A DNA stretch of 54,768 bases from an uncultured Gemmatimonadaceae bacterium (GCA_963829055.1 CAWHHI010000015.1:1-54768), one strand, 5' to 3'. Shown: positions 29,596-40,750, counted from the first letter of the stretch. Program-made: numbers and translations. The notes: generated by a model not told the origin, from the sequence alone.

Positions 29596-30756
29596 ATGGG
29601 ACTCTATCTTCGCTCGCGAGATTTCGACGCGATCGGCGCGATCGCCAATGTCCTGACGGCTCCACTCACGTTCGACAGCCCGTGCTCATGGGCGCTCGAT
29701 GCAGCGCAGCGACTCCGGGATTTCGTCGGCGGCGAGGCTGCGATTCTCTATGGCTCCGGATTTGACGCGCCCGGAGTGTGGAGCGTAGACCTGGACTCGC
29801 AGATCAGGGAACGACTCTCTCAGTTCCTCGGACACACGGACACGACGCCCGTGTTGCGCAGCAGCGATCCCATCTGGGATGCTTCACTCGAACACCGCCG
29901 CGCCGACCATATCGACGTCTATTCCATGGCCGACGTCCGCACCGCACTAGGGAACGTGCGGCTGGAAGATCTTCCGATCTACCACGAGGTCATAGCGCCA
30001 AGTCGAATGCTGCACGTCTATGGAATGGCAAACGTGAGCGACAATGCGGAAAGCCACCTCGTCGTCATGAGCTCATGCAATGGTCGGTGGCGCTTCCGCG
30101 ACGACACGCGGGCGATCGCTCGACTCCTTCTCCCGTCGTTCCGACTGGGTTGTGGGATGCTGGCGCGCGCTGGCATGCAACACGACGACCCACGACGAGC
30201 CGCCAGCGCGCTACTGGATGCCATGGCGATCTTCGATCGTAACGGGAAGCACCTCGTCGACTCGGGCCCGGAACTTACTCGCATCGTCAATGCAACCAGC
30301 GCCGGTCAGCTGTTACTGGATGCCATTCGCGGCACCGCTCGCGCAGTGGTCGCGAGCGAGCGCACACGCCCTACGGGAGACAGGCTGAGCCCATCCACGG
30401 TGGTCCGCCGGCTTCGTTTCCCGGAAGCGGACGTCGAGATCGTAGCAACGCGCCGCCGTGCCAATGAGTCATCTGGATCGGACGTCGTGCCGGTCGTGAT
30501 CCACTGCGCGCCGACACGTCTCCCGACGCGCCGGAACCTCGCCCGACAGCACGACCTAACGACGCGTGAGGCGGACGTCGCGCTGCTCCTCGCCAAAGGG
30601 CTACAGCGCACGCAGATCGCGCGCACCCTTGGCCTGAGCCCGCACACCATCCGCCACCACACTGAGGCCGTATTCCGCAAGCTCAACGTCCACACACGCT
30701 CGGCCGTGGCGGTGGCGCTGCTCGAGGGAGCTAATTCGAGCGAATCACAGGAATGA
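29596..30756 (+). CDS. LuxR-family HTH transcriptional regulator
   Basis: GGAGG RBS; C-terminal LTTREADVALLLAKG...IA..LGLSPHTIRHH...VFRKLNV..R. Confidence 0.85.
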   Translation: MGLYLRSRDFDAIGAIANVLTAPLTFDSPCSWALDAAQRLRDFVGGEAAILYGSGFDAPGVWSVDLDSQIRERLSQFLGHTDTTPVLRSSDPIWDASLEHRRADHIDVYSMADVRTALGNVRLEDLPIYHEVIAPSRMLHVYGMANVSDNAESHLVVMSSCNGRWRFRDDTRAIARLLLPSFRLGCGMLARAGMQHDDPRRAASALLDAMAIFDRNGKHLVDSGPELTRIVNATSAGQLLLDAIRGTARAVVASERTRPTGDRLSPSTVVRRLRFPEADVEIVATRRRANESSGSDVVPVVIHCAPTRLPTRRNLARQHDLTTREADVALLLAKGLQRTQIARTLGLSPHTIRHHTEAVFRKLNVHTRSAVAVALLEGANSSESQE

Positions 30757-30828
30757 CACGCGGCGTCCCTTGATTCGGGGGAGTTCTTCGGCCCATCTTC
30801 GGCTCCCACCGAATCAACCGAGAGTCCG

Positions 30829-31374
30829 ATGAGCGCTGCTGCTACCCCGAACCCGCCGTCTCCCACCAGCGGGATGCCTAACGCACGCGAGCAGTTCCTC
30901 GACGCCTACGAGCGCGAGCACGCGATCACCATGAAGGTGCTCCGCGCCTTCCCGCCCGAGAAATCCGAGCTCCGGCCGCATCCGAAGAGCAAGACGGCGC
31001 GCGACCTCGCGTTCATCTTCGCCCTCGAGCGACGCCTCGGGAAAAAGGGATTGGCGAACGAATTCGCAGCTGGCGGCGGTGGCACGGGGTTCCCGACAAC
31101 GCCGGAGAAGTGGGAGGACGTCCTCTCTGCGATCGAGACCGCGCATGCCGAATTCCGCGACGTGTTCAACTCCTACACCGACGAGCAACTGGCCGAGCCG
31201 ATCAAGTTCTTCGGGGGCCCAAGGCAGCTGATCGACGTCCCGCGTCTCGCGTTCGCCTGGTTCCTCGTCCACGATCAGATCCACCACCGCGGACAGATGT
31301 CGATCTACCTGCGCATGGCCGACGCGAAAGTGCCGAGCATCTACGGCCCTACCGCGGATGAGCCCTGGACCTGA
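30829..31374 (+). CDS. DinB family protein
   Basis: REHAITMKVLRAFP, HDQIHHRGQMSIYLR...VPSIYGP. Confidence 0.9.
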   Translation: MSAAATPNPPSPTSGMPNAREQFLDAYEREHAITMKVLRAFPPEKSELRPHPKSKTARDLAFIFALERRLGKKGLANEFAAGGGGTGFPTTPEKWEDVLSAIETAHAEFRDVFNSYTDEQLAEPIKFFGGPRQLIDVPRLAFAWFLVHDQIHHRGQMSIYLRMADAKVPSIYGPTADEPWT

Positions 31375-31406
31375 GGCGGTGCACTGCCCGGGGTCCAGTG
31401 CCCGCG

Positions 31407-32180
31407 ATGGCGAGTCGTTGGCACCGGACCGGGTTGATCGCCTCGGCGTTTCTCGTCGTCGCAGCTCACGCGCTTTCCGCTCAAGGGGACGCGACGCCGG
31501 CCGCGACTCCGGCGCTCACCGCATTCGCGCGCGCCAAGGCCGAAACGCTCCTTCGCGACCAGCTTCCGTGCCTGGGTTGTCACGCCCTCGGTCGCGACGG
31601 CGGGACGCTGGCGCCTGACCTCGCGACGGTGCGCCAGCGTCGCACGCCGGAGTACATCGCGCGCATGGTGAGTGATCCACAAGGCACTGTCGCGGGGACG
31701 ATCATGCCCCACACACCCATGCCGAGCGAGTGGCGCGCGCTCGTCATCCGATATCTCGGTGGGAACGCTCCGAGCGACGGTGCAGGGGCCGGTCGTGTCG
31801 CAGACGTAGCTGGCTCCTCGCGTGAGGCGGCGCTGCGTCCCGTCTCGTCGTCGCCAGCCGATTCCAACGGCGCCGCCCTGTACACACGCTTCTGCTCGGG
31901 ATGTCACGGCGCGGAGGGCAAGGGTGACGGGCCTAACGCGCGATCGCTCCCTGTCCCACCGGCGCGCCACGCCTCATCCGAGGCGATGTCCGCCAGACCC
32001 GACGACTCGCTCTATGACACCATCGCTGGCGGCGGCGCGATCATGAACCGCAGCCCGCGCATGCCGGCGTACGGGACGACGCTCTCGCCGCCGCAGATCC
32101 GCGCGCTGGTGCGTCACATCCGCACGTTATGCAAGTGCGCGGGACCTGCGTGGTCCACTGATGGCAAGGGACCATCATGA
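31407..32180 (+). CDS. Diheme c-type cytochrome
   Basis: Signal peptide; CLGCH and CSGCH, each followed by an MP axial-ligand motif. Confidence 0.85.
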   Translation: MASRWHRTGLIASAFLVVAAHALSAQGDATPAATPALTAFARAKAETLLRDQLPCLGCHALGRDGGTLAPDLATVRQRRTPEYIARMVSDPQGTVAGTIMPHTPMPSEWRALVIRYLGGNAPSDGAGAGRVADVAGSSREAALRPVSSSPADSNGAALYTRFCSGCHGAEGKGDGPNARSLPVPPARHASSEAMSARPDDSLYDTIAGGGAIMNRSPRMPAYGTTLSPPQIRALVRHIRTLCKCAGPAWSTDGKGPS

Positions 32181-32199
32181 CTGCGCGCGGACCCCTAAC

Positions 32200-34676
32200 G
32201 TGAGCAAGAAGAAGCGAAGTCGGCCGACGCCCGCGGCGTCAGACGCGCGTCGAGTGGGTGGCCGCGGTTCCGACGCATCCGGAGGAGCGCCGCGCAGACG
32301 ATTCCTGCGACCCCGAGCACGAGCGGTCGCGGCAGTGGTCATAGCGCTGGCGGCTCTGCTGGTCGTCGTGCTACGACTCACACGCACGCCTAACGGCTTC
32401 CGGCCCGGTGGGCGTCGCGTCGAGTTACCAGTTCCTCGCGACACCACGCCACCGCATGCTCCATCACCATCAGAGTTCGCGGGGGCGGAGCAGTGTCAAT
32501 CATGCCACGCCGCGCAGTACGCGGCGTGGCGTGGTTCTACCCATGGCAAGGCGGGTGGGACGCCGGGTGACGTCGCGGTCATCGCGCCGTTCGATGGAAC
32601 GCCTATCCGGTTTCGCGACGCCGTCGTGATCCCGGCCGCATCGGGGCGACGGTACACGTTCACCGTTAGGCAGAATGGACGCCCTGACCGCGTGTTCGCG
32701 GTCGACGCCGTCGTCGGTGGCGGGCACATGGAGGGCGGAGGAACGCAGGGATTCGTGTCGCGCTTCCCCGACGGCACCGTTCGCTTTCTCCCATTCGACT
32801 GGAGTCGCCACGGCGCGACGTGGTTCTGCAACACGGGGACGCGAGCGGGGAAGGGATGGATGCGCGTGACGGCCGACATCTCCCTCGCCGACTGTGGAGA
32901 TTGGCCCCCTCAACGCATACTCGGCGACGAGCCCCGCTTCGCCAACTGTCAGGGATGTCACGGCAGCCAGATCGACATCCGTCTCGATACGACCCGCAAG
33001 CGGTGGGAGACCAACATCGGCTCTCTCGGCATCAACTGCGAGTCGTGCCACGGGCCGGCGAAGCAGCACATCGCTCTCATGTCCGCGCCACGAACGGCTG
33101 TCGAACGTTAGGCGCAGACATTGGCCTGACGTCGCTCGTGAACCTGACCAAGGATCAGTCGGTCACGGTCTGCCTGCAGTGCCACGCGCTCAAGTCCCAG
33201 CTCGCGCCGCACTATCAGCCAGGCGCCTCGCTCGCCTCCTTCTACAGCACGCGTCTCGCTCAGCTCGGCGACACGGCACTGTACCCCGACGGACGTACGC
33301 GGACGTTCGCCTATCAGGAAGGCCATCTCTACAGCGCGTGCTATCTCAAAGGCGGGATGACGTGCACGAGCTGCCACGATCCGCACTCGCAGCACTATCG
33401 CGACGCGTTCGGCACTCCGCTCGCGGGTCGCTTCGACGACCGGCAGTGCACGGCGTGCCACGCGAGCAAGGCTGAGAATCCGACGCTGCACACGAAGCAC
33501 GCACCGGCCAGTGCGGGGAGTCGCTGCACGAGCTGCCACATGCCGTACCTGCAGCAGCCCGAGATCGGTCACGCGATTCGTTATGCACGCGCCGACCACT
33601 CGATTCCCATCCCACGCCCCGCGTTCGATGCGGCCGAGGGAGTGGTGAGCGCGTGCAAGACGTGCCATGCTGATCGCGAGGAGAGTGCGCTCGATGCGCA
33701 GGTGCGCGCGTGGTACGGCGCGCCGGCTCCGCATGAAGCAGCGGTGGCCGGACTCACGCGTGCAGCAACAGCGAAGACGAGAGCCGAGGCGGCGGGGTTG
33801 CTGCTGGATACGACGTCGGGTCACGCGTCGGCGGTGGCGGCGGGTCTCGCCCGGTTCGTCGAGAAGTGGCTCACGGCCGAATGCGTCGGACCTCGAACCA
33901 GGAATTGAAGATCGGCTTCGAGCACTCGCTCGCAGCTCCGACATCGATGTGCAGTGCCACGCGCGCTCGCGGCGCTTCACTTCGCCCGTGGTGAAGACGC
34001 GGACACACGCCGCTTTCTGGCCGAGCGTCTGCGAGGTCTTGGTGCGGACGACTCGGCCGTCCGCGCGCGGTGGGCGCTCGTGCTCGGATATCTCGCGGAC
34101 AGGGCGTTAGGCAGCGGTGACGCGTCCGCCGCGGTGACGACCTATCGAAAGGCGATCGAAGTCACGCCGAGTGCGCCGCGTCTGTATCAGAACCTGGGGT
34201 TGGCGCAGGCGCAGGCGGGAGACGTCCAGGGGGCGGTGGCGAGCTATCAGCGGAGCCTGGCGCTGGACGCGAGCCAGCCGCTCGTGCTCGTGAACATGGG
34301 GATCGCGCTCGAGTCAGCTGGTGACGCTCAGGGCGCCGAGGCGGCGTATCGGCGGGCGGTGGCGCTCGACCCTAACGAGCCGCTGGCATGGTTCGATCTC
34401 GGCAACGTGCACTTGAAGAAGGGCGACGCCGCGAGCGCGATTCCCGAGTATGAACGTGCGGCCGCGCTCGATCCGTCGCTGGCGAAGGCGCACTTCTATC
34501 TCGCGGATGCGTACGCCCGGACCGGTGAGTTGCGACGTGCGCTGGACGAGGTGAAGCGCGGGCTCGAGTTCGATGCTGGGAACGCCGAGGCGAAGAGTGT
34601 GGAGGCGAGGCTCGAGCAGGCGCTCGCGGGTGTGGTCACGCCACCTCGTACTCCTCAGCGTCCGGCTCCGCGATAG
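32200..34676 (+). CDS. Membrane-anchored multiheme (8 CxxCH) cytochrome with C-terminal TPRs (frameshifted)
   Basis: CQSCH, CQGCH, CESCH, CLQCH, CTSCH, CTACH, CTSCH, CKTCH across ORFs 32161-33111 and 32820-33908; TPRs in 33954-34676. Confidence 0.8.
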
Positions 34677-35241
34677 TCGCCAGGTCGACGCCGCGATAGA
34701 TCTCGTCGAGCGTCAGCTCGGCCTCGAGACACGGCACTGCGACCGCTCCGTCGCCCATGATGTCCTCGCGCTTCCAGGGGGACGCGAGATCGTCCCGCCA
34801 GTGACGCTCGACGCGACGCCGACGATGGTCGACGATGAGGTAGGCGAGAAGCGATGGAACGTCTCGATATGCGGCCAACTTTTCGCCCCGATCGATTCTC
34901 GCGGTGCTGGGCGATGTCACCTCGACGACGACGCATGGCTCGCGGACGATGATGTCCAACTCCTGGACCGCGCCGCAGACGACCATGACGTCAGGGTAGT
35001 AGTAGGTGGTGTCCGAAGCCCGAAGCCGAACCTCAGTGAAGCACACCCTGCAGGGCCCGTCTCCGGCGGCTGAGTTGAGCCGAGTCGCGATGTTGAGCGA
35101 AATGCGGTTGTGCCGGAGCGTGACGCCGGCCATCGCGTACACCTCGCCCGCCACGTACTCGTGCCTCAGCGGGGAGCTCTCCTCGAACTGGAGATACTCC
35201 TCGACGCTCATCAACCGTCGCGCATCACGGTTACCGCTCAT
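34636..35241 (-). CDS. Uma2 (DUF820) family protein, close paralogue of 3710-4306
   Basis: Nearly colinear protein sequence with the first copy. Confidence 0.9.
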   Translation of the reverse strand: MSGNRDARRLMSVEEYLQFEESSPLRHEYVAGEVYAMAGVTLRHNRISLNIATRLNSAAGDGPCRVCFTEVRLRASDTTYYYPDVMVVCGAVQELDIIVREPCVVVEVTSPSTARIDRGEKLAAYRDVPSLLAYLIVDHRRRRVERHWRDDLASPWKREDIMGDGAVAVPCLEAELTLDEIYRGVDLATIAEPDAEEYEVA

Positions 35242-35293
35242 GCTTTCACACTACGCTCGGCGCTCAAACCCGTGCAAGCGAATAAGCGCCGAG
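35242..35293 (-). promoter_or_regulatory. Second copy of the Uma2 leaderless promoter and inverted repeat
   Basis: TTGCAC-N18-TAGTGT-N6-ATG; CTCGGCGCT-N20-AGCGCCGAG. Confidence 0.55.
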
Positions 35294-35296
35294 GCA

Positions 35297-35433
35297 GTCA
35301 TTCCGAGCGGAGTGTCATTCCGAGCGGCGAAGTCGAGGAATCGCGATCGTCCGGATAGAGAGCCCTCTACGCGTACGGTCTCGATTCCTCGACTGCGCCC
35401 ACTTCGTCGGCACGACTGCTCGCTCGGAATGAC
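35297..35433. repeat. GTCATYCCGAG palindromic repeat with duplicated left end
   Basis: gtcattccgagcgg at 35297 and 35314; right end cgctcggaatgac. Confidence 0.85.
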
Positions 35434-35439
35434 GTCCGC

Positions 35440-36544
35440 CTAGCGGCTAATCACCTGCTTCTCCGGGTTGATGAAGAACTCCGCCCACTTCGGCGCGGCC
35501 GTCACTACGTTCACGGTCTTGCACGCTGGCGTCGCGTTCCAGTGGTTGACCGGTGGTACGGTCTCGCAGATCTGATAGGTGCCCGCGGCCGGAAGCTTCA
35601 CGGAGAGCGCGCCCAGCTTCGGATCGATGTCGTTCACACCGTTGTCCGTCACATCGGTCCACGTCTGGTTCGCCGCGATCACCTTGAACGACGACGGTCC
35701 GATCAGGTTGTAGAAGAACGTGGGGCTGATCGTTCCGTCCGTCACCTGCCACAAGGCACTCGCGATCGGATACAGCGTGAAGGGCCCGGCCTGCTTCGAC
35801 TCCGCCGTTCTTTACCGTGTAGTCGAAGCAGAACTTGATCTGCGCAAGCGGAAAGGCGTATCCCGGGGGCAACGTCGTCTCGCACAGCGTGTACTTGCTT
35901 TCGAACGGCAGCGTCAGTGCGACCTGGCCCCCGACCGGGTCGGAGTCGAGCGGGCCGTTGTCGACCACCAGCGATGAGTACACGTTCGCGGAATCCTTGA
36001 TCGTGAACGTCATGTTCGGAACCAGATTCCCAATGAAGTCCACGACCTTGAACGTGATCTTCGGAAGATGCGGGTTGACGAGGTACAACCCGACGGTCGC
36101 TCCGGCGTAGACCGTTACGACACCGCACGCGGGCTTGGCGAGCGCGTAGTCGACGGGCGCCTCGGTCTCGCAGACCTGGTACGTGCCCGGGACGAATCCC
36201 TTCATCAGGGAGACCCCCATCTCCGGTTCGCTGTCGTTCACGAGCCCGTCCTTGAGCGTCCACGTCGACGTGATGCCGCCGTTCGACCTGATGATCTGGT
36301 ATGTCGCAGACGACGTCGTGATCAGGGCCTGCTTCTCGTCGAACACCTTCATGACGATGGAGCCGGTCTTGATAGGGATCACGATTGGTGCGGCGGTGAC
36401 GGGAGCGGACGGCGGCTTCGGCGCGGTGGGCTGATTGTCGTCGCAGGCCGCGAGGAAGGCGACGCTCGCCATGCTCGCGACAGCCAGGCAGGAGAGCCGG
36501 AGCGCACTCCGGCGGGCGAAGGGCATCGAGTACGTGGTGGACAT
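35440..36544 (-). CDS. Lipoprotein with three SpaA/prealbumin-like (Cna-B type) repeats (frameshift near 35790)
   Basis: FLAAC lipobox; repeated D.D...G and GTYQVCETEAP / YTLCETTLP / TYQICETVPP. Confidence 0.7.
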
Positions 36545-36912
36545 GGGCGGAATCCTCAGTGTTGTATCGGTCAGCCGGAGCCAGCGTCGCGCAGGAGTGC
36601 GCGGTCAGCTCGGTTCGGCGAGCGGAATACAACGAGCCCGAGTCACCTGTGCGTCAATTCGGCCAGGTGACAATCAGCCTATCGCGTGCGGCTGCTGGCG
36701 TGAGTACGTGCAACTCGCGCTGTCGCTTGGGTTTCGCGGCGTGTCCGACGTCGTGGCTAACGAGCGCTGCGCGCGCAGTCAACGCCGCGATTCGCGCGCG
36801 CCATATCCGAATTCGAGTCCTGAGCCGTGTCCGTATTCGCCATCCGCCTTCGTATTCGTAGATTCTGCAGTGCGGTTCAGTCAGCTCTGCATCTATAAGA
36901 AGGAGGAGCGTC

Positions 36913-37665
36913 GTGAGCAGCTCGGTCACGTGGGTGGGTAGCCCCCACCGACACAAGGGTCGTGGCGGCTTCCGTCCGGAAGCTGTCGTCATCCACATCA
37001 TCGAAGGAACGCTCGGTGCGGCGGACAGCTGGTTTCGCGCGCCGGAGTCCGAGGTGTCAGCGCACTACGGCATCGGGCGAAGCGGCGAGATCCATCAGTA
37101 CGTCGGCGAGGCGGACACGGCGTTCCATGCGGGACGCGTGTGGAAGCCGAAGTGGGGGAAGCTCAAGGCGAAGGTGAACCCGAACCTCTACACGATCGGC
37201 ATCGAGCACGAGGGGCAGGGCGCGAGCGACTGGCCGGACGCGATGTATGCCTCGAGCTCGAAGCTCATTGCCGACGTCTGCAACCGGTGGTCGATCCCGA
37301 TCGATCGCGAGCACATCGTGGGGCACCGCGAGATCTATGGAAGGAAGACGTGCCCCAATGACATCGTGGATCTCGACCGGCTGATCACGCTGGCGCGTGA
37401 GGCGGCGCTGTCACCGGACCGGTTCAACTTCATCGCGCAGCCGGGTCAGGTGCGGACGCGGACGGGCCTCAACGTGCGTCGCGGCGCGCCGACGACGGCG
37501 GCGCCTGTCCTGCGGGCGGCGCCACCTAACGAACTACTCGAGTTCGTGGGGTGGACGAGCAACGGCATGAGCGTGAACGGGAATCCGCACTGGTACCGCG
37601 ACGAGAATCGGAACTACTTCTGGGCTGGCGCGACGACGCGTCCGGTTCCGGGTGTGGACGACTGA
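36913..37665 (+). CDS. N-acetylmuramoyl-L-alanine amidase (Amidase_2) with C-terminal SH3b-like domain
   Basis: AAGGAGG RBS; VVIH, SAHYGI, AFHAG, TIGIEHEG, IVGHRE, KTCP; LNVRRGAPTT..WY. Confidence 0.9.
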   Translation: MSSSVTWVGSPHRHKGRGGFRPEAVVIHIIEGTLGAADSWFRAPESEVSAHYGIGRSGEIHQYVGEADTAFHAGRVWKPKWGKLKAKVNPNLYTIGIEHEGQGASDWPDAMYASSSKLIADVCNRWSIPIDREHIVGHREIYGRKTCPNDIVDLDRLITLAREAALSPDRFNFIAQPGQVRTRTGLNVRRGAPTTAAPVLRAAPPNELLEFVGWTSNGMSVNGNPHWYRDENRNYFWAGATTRPVPGVDD

Positions 37666-37669
37666 ATTT

Positions 37670-37882
37670 GAGGAAGGAGGAAGGGGGCCTTAGGAAGGAG
37701 GAGGGCGGAGGCGGAGGGCGGAGGGCGGAGAAAAAGCGTGTCATCCCGAGCGTCAGCGAGGGATCTTTTGTACGGTTCTCGTGGCTGGCCGAGCCACAAT
37801 GACGGTCGAGAAGATCCCTCGCTGGCGCTCGGGATGACATAGTGCTCGCTCCCCTTTCCTAAGGCCTCCTTCCTCCTTCCTC
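37670..37882. repeat. Composite repeat: purine-rich heptamer inverted arms enclosing a GTCATCCCGAG palindrome (37739-37839)
   Basis: gaggaaggaggaagggggccttaggaagg versus tttcctaaggcctccttcctccttcctc; inner tgtcatcccgagcg...cgctcgggatgaca. Confidence 0.8.
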
Positions 37883-37918
37883 GAAGTTCAGAACGTGATC
37901 TGCAGGGGCAGAGGCGAT

Positions 37919-38224
37919 TCAACTCGCGGCGCGAAAGACGATCACCTCTTTCTCCAGCCGCTTCCCCAGTCGGTCGCGTTCCGTCTCGAGGTCGAACCGG
38001 GCCTGAAGGTTGAGCCAGAAGTGTTCGCTTGTGCCGAAGTAGCGTGCGAGTCTCAACGCAGTGTCGGCCGATATCGATCGCGTGCCGTGCACGATCTCGT
38101 TGATGCGACGCGGAGGAACACTGATGTCGCGCGCCACCCGGTATTGCGATAGACCAAGCGGCTCGAGGAAGTCGGCGAGAAGAATTTCACCGGGGTGAAT
38201 CGGAGCGAGCTTACGCGCGGCCAT
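37919..38224 (-). CDS. higA: HigA family antitoxin
   Basis: PIHPGEIL..DFL.PLGLSQY..A....RINEIVHG.R.I..DTALRL..YFG.S..FWLNLQ. Confidence 0.92.
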   Translation of the reverse strand: MAARKLAPIHPGEILLADFLEPLGLSQYRVARDISVPPRRINEIVHGTRSISADTALRLARYFGTSEHFWLNLQARFDLETERDRLGKRLEKEVIVFRAAS

Positions 38225-38234
38225 CGGGATCCTC

Positions 38235-38516
38235 TCAATGGTAGTCGACCAGTTCGACATCGTACGCGTCGCCGTCACGCCAGGTGAAGCAGACGCGCCA
38301 TTGGTCGTTGATACGGATACTGTATTGCCCCGCGCGCTCGGCGGTCAGCTTTTCCAAACGGTTACCGGGCGGTACGCGCAGATCAGCGAGCGAATCGGCC
38401 GCATCGATCGCGACGAGCTTGCGAAGCATCATTCGCTGGAGCAGCACGGGAAAGCGCCGGACAGGCTCGCGACCAAAAAGACGTGCCGTGCTACGGTCAG
38501 CGAACGAACGAATCAT
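38235..38516 (-). CDS. higB: HigB (plasmid maintenance killer) toxin
   Basis: MIRSFAD...DLRVPPGNRLEKL...GQYSIRINDQWRVCF.W....VELVDYH. Confidence 0.92.
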   Translation of the reverse strand: MIRSFADRSTARLFGREPVRRFPVLLQRMMLRKLVAIDAADSLADLRVPPGNRLEKLTAERAGQYSIRINDQWRVCFTWRDGDAYDVELVDYH

Positions 38517-38524
38517 CTGGATAT

Positions 38525-38539
38525 TAACGCGCCGCGTTA
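38525..38539. promoter_or_regulatory. higBA operator palindrome
   Basis: TAACGCG-c-CGCGTTA just upstream of higB. Confidence 0.6.
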
Positions 38540-38786
38540 TCATGCGCCATTCACCGTCACGAATGTGGCGCAGCGTAATACGGCGCGCGTCAGCCCGTGG
38601 GAGCAAACGCCTGCTGGCGTAATCCGAAACCTGCAACGGCCTCGTGCCCGCAGGATCAGATCGGCGCTGGGTGCCTTCGCACCGGAGCCATTCGCCAGGC
38701 GGGACTGAGAACTGATCACCGACGACTGACCACTCACGACGTGTTACTCGCCGGATCAATCGCGATGCCACGTCAGTTCACGCGGT

Positions 38787-39416
38787 CTACAGCCTGATGA
38801 TCCCGCGCTCGACCGCGGTGGTCACCGCCGCCGTTCGATCATCGACCCCGAGCTTCGAGAAGATGTGCAGCAGGTGCGTCTTCACCGTCGTCTCGCCGAT
38901 CTCGAGATCACGCGCGATGAGCTTGTTGCTCGTGCCCCTCGCCACCAGCATCAGCACCTCGATCTCGCGCGCACTCAACGACCGCTCGCCCGGATCACGC
39001 GTCCGCCCCACGAGCCGCGACGCCACACTCGGCGACAACACCGACTTGCCTGCCGCCGTCGCGCGAATCGCCGCGAACAGCTCCTCGCGCGGCGTCTCCT
39101 TGAGCAGGTAACCGGTCGCCCCCGCCTCGACGGCACGCAGAATGTCGGCGTCCGTGTCGTACGTCGTGAGCACGAGGATGCGCACCGTCGGGACCTGCGC
39201 GCACATCTCGCGGATCGCGCCGACGCCATCCAGCTCGGGCATGCGCAGGTCCGTGAGCACGACGTCCGGCCGCGTGCGCAGCACGACGTCGACAGCTTCT
39301 CGGCCATTCGCCGCTTCGCCTACCACCTCGAAGTCGGGCTGCGATGCCAGGAGGCCGAGGAGGCCCGAGCGGACGATCGGGTGGTCGTCGGCGATGACGA
39401 TGCGAATAGGTGTCAC
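38787..39416 (-). CDS. NarL/FixJ-family response regulator
   Basis: IADDHPIVR, DLRMP, LTTY, GYLLK, LuxR HTH. Confidence 0.95.
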   Translation of the reverse strand: MTPIRIVIADDHPIVRSGLLGLLASQPDFEVVGEAANGREAVDVVLRTRPDVVLTDLRMPELDGVGAIREMCAQVPTVRILVLTTYDTDADILRAVEAGATGYLLKETPREELFAAIRATAAGKSVLSPSVASRLVGRTRDPGERSLSAREIEVLMLVARGTSNKLIARDLEIGETTVKTHLLHIFSKLGVDDRTAAVTTAVERGIIRL

Positions 39417-40750
39417 GCGGGTGACGCCGTCCGTGGCGGTGTCGTACCACCTAACGGTGCTCCTGACGGCAACACTGGAACCGGATACGTCTCCGTTCGG
39501 AACGCCGGGATAGTGACGCTCACGGTAGTACCATCGCCTGGCGCACTCTCGATGTCCACCTTGCCGCCGAACTGCTCCGCGCGCTCGCGCAAGCCACGAA
39601 GGCCAAAACCGCCACGCGCAGCCTCTCCGGGGCTTTCGTCACTCGATGGCTCGTCGTGAGCGGCGTTAGGCGCGAAGCCAGCGCCATCATCCCGCACGTC
39701 GAGCACCACGACATCCGAGATGTACGACAACGTCACCGTGACGTGCGTCGCCTTGGTGTGCTTCCGAACGTTCGCGAGCAGTTCCTGCGTCGCGCGCAGC
39801 AACATCACCTCCGCCTCGGAATGCAGCAGCAACACGTCACCCGTCACATGCAACACGCACGGGACTCCGGTGCGGCGAGCCCACTCGGTGGTCACGCGGG
39901 CGAGCGCGGCGCTCAGCCCGCCCTCCTGATCGAGAACCTCCGGGCGAAGTGCGGTCAACATTCTCCGCGCCTCCTCGAGATTCTCGCGCGCGATCGACCG
40001 CGCGAAGTCGAGATGCGGCCGTGCTGCATTCATCGAGCTCCCGGACGCGACGTCGGCCTGTTCGAGATGCACGACGATGGCCGCGAACCCCTGCGCGAGC
40101 GTGTCGTGAATTTCGCCCGCGAGTCGCTGGCGCTCCTCGAGAATGCCCGCCCGCCGCTCCGCGGCGGCAAGCGTATCGAGAAGCCGTCGCCGCTCCTCGT
40201 TCTGTGCCGCGGCAGTGCGCACGACGATGCCGAACATGACCATGACAGGAACTCTCAGGAACAGTACAGACGTGATCTCGGCCGCGGCGTCGGGAATCGC
40301 ACCATGCGTGTCGTACAGCCGTCCCGTTGGAAACGCGATCAGAATCGTCAGCAGCACCGACCACCCGACTGGCAGCGCGACGAAGAAGTGCATAACGAGC
40401 ATCAACAGCACGACCAGATACGCGTCGTGAATCACGGCGAGCGCCGAGGTCAGCGCCACGCCCACGAGCGCGAGGACCAATCGATGCGCCAGGGCGTGAC
40501 GACCGACGTCCGCTCTGACGTGAACGATCCACCGGTGGAACCAGAACGCGGTTGCAAGAGCGGTGACGACGCCGGCCACCTGCTCGCGCCACCCGTGTCC
40601 GGGCAGGACGACCAGCAACACGGTCGCGATGCCGAGCGGCGTGTAGTAGAACGCGTACGGGTTCTCCACCCACCGGCGCCACACGTGATCGGTCGGCCCG
40701 AGCACGGTGCCGATATGTCCGGACGGCGTCTGCCGCCACGACTGCCTCAT
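39413..40750 (-). CDS. HisKA_3 membrane sensor histidine kinase
   Basis: Several TM helices; ERQRLAGEIHDTLAQ, QELLANVRKH, DDGAGF, GFGL..L.ER. Confidence 0.92.
   Translation of the reverse strand: MRQSWRQTPSGHIGTVLGPTDHVWRRWVENPYAFYYTPLGIATVLLVVLPGHGWREQVAGVVTALATAFWFHRWIVHVRADVGRHALAHRLVLALVGVALTSALAVIHDAYLVVLLMLVMHFFVALPVGWSVLLTILIAFPTGRLYDTHGAIPDAAAEITSVLFLRVPVMVMFGIVVRTAAAQNEERRRLLDTLAAAERRAGILEERQRLAGEIHDTLAQGFAAIVVHLEQADVASGSSMNAARPHLDFARSIARENLEEARRMLTALRPEVLDQEGGLSAALARVTTEWARRTGVPCVLHVTGDVLLLHSEAEVMLLRATQELLANVRKHTKATHVTVTLSYISDVVVLDVRDDGAGFAPNAAHDEPSSDESPGEAARGGFGLRGLRERAEQFGGKVDIESAPGDGTTVSVTIPAFRTETYPVPVLPSGAPLGGTTPPRTASPA

Noticed and set aside
36600..36900. Possible ncRNA or small ORF between the SpaA-like gene and the amidase
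   Set aside because: Only weak CGTATTCG repeats; no structure or motif I can support.
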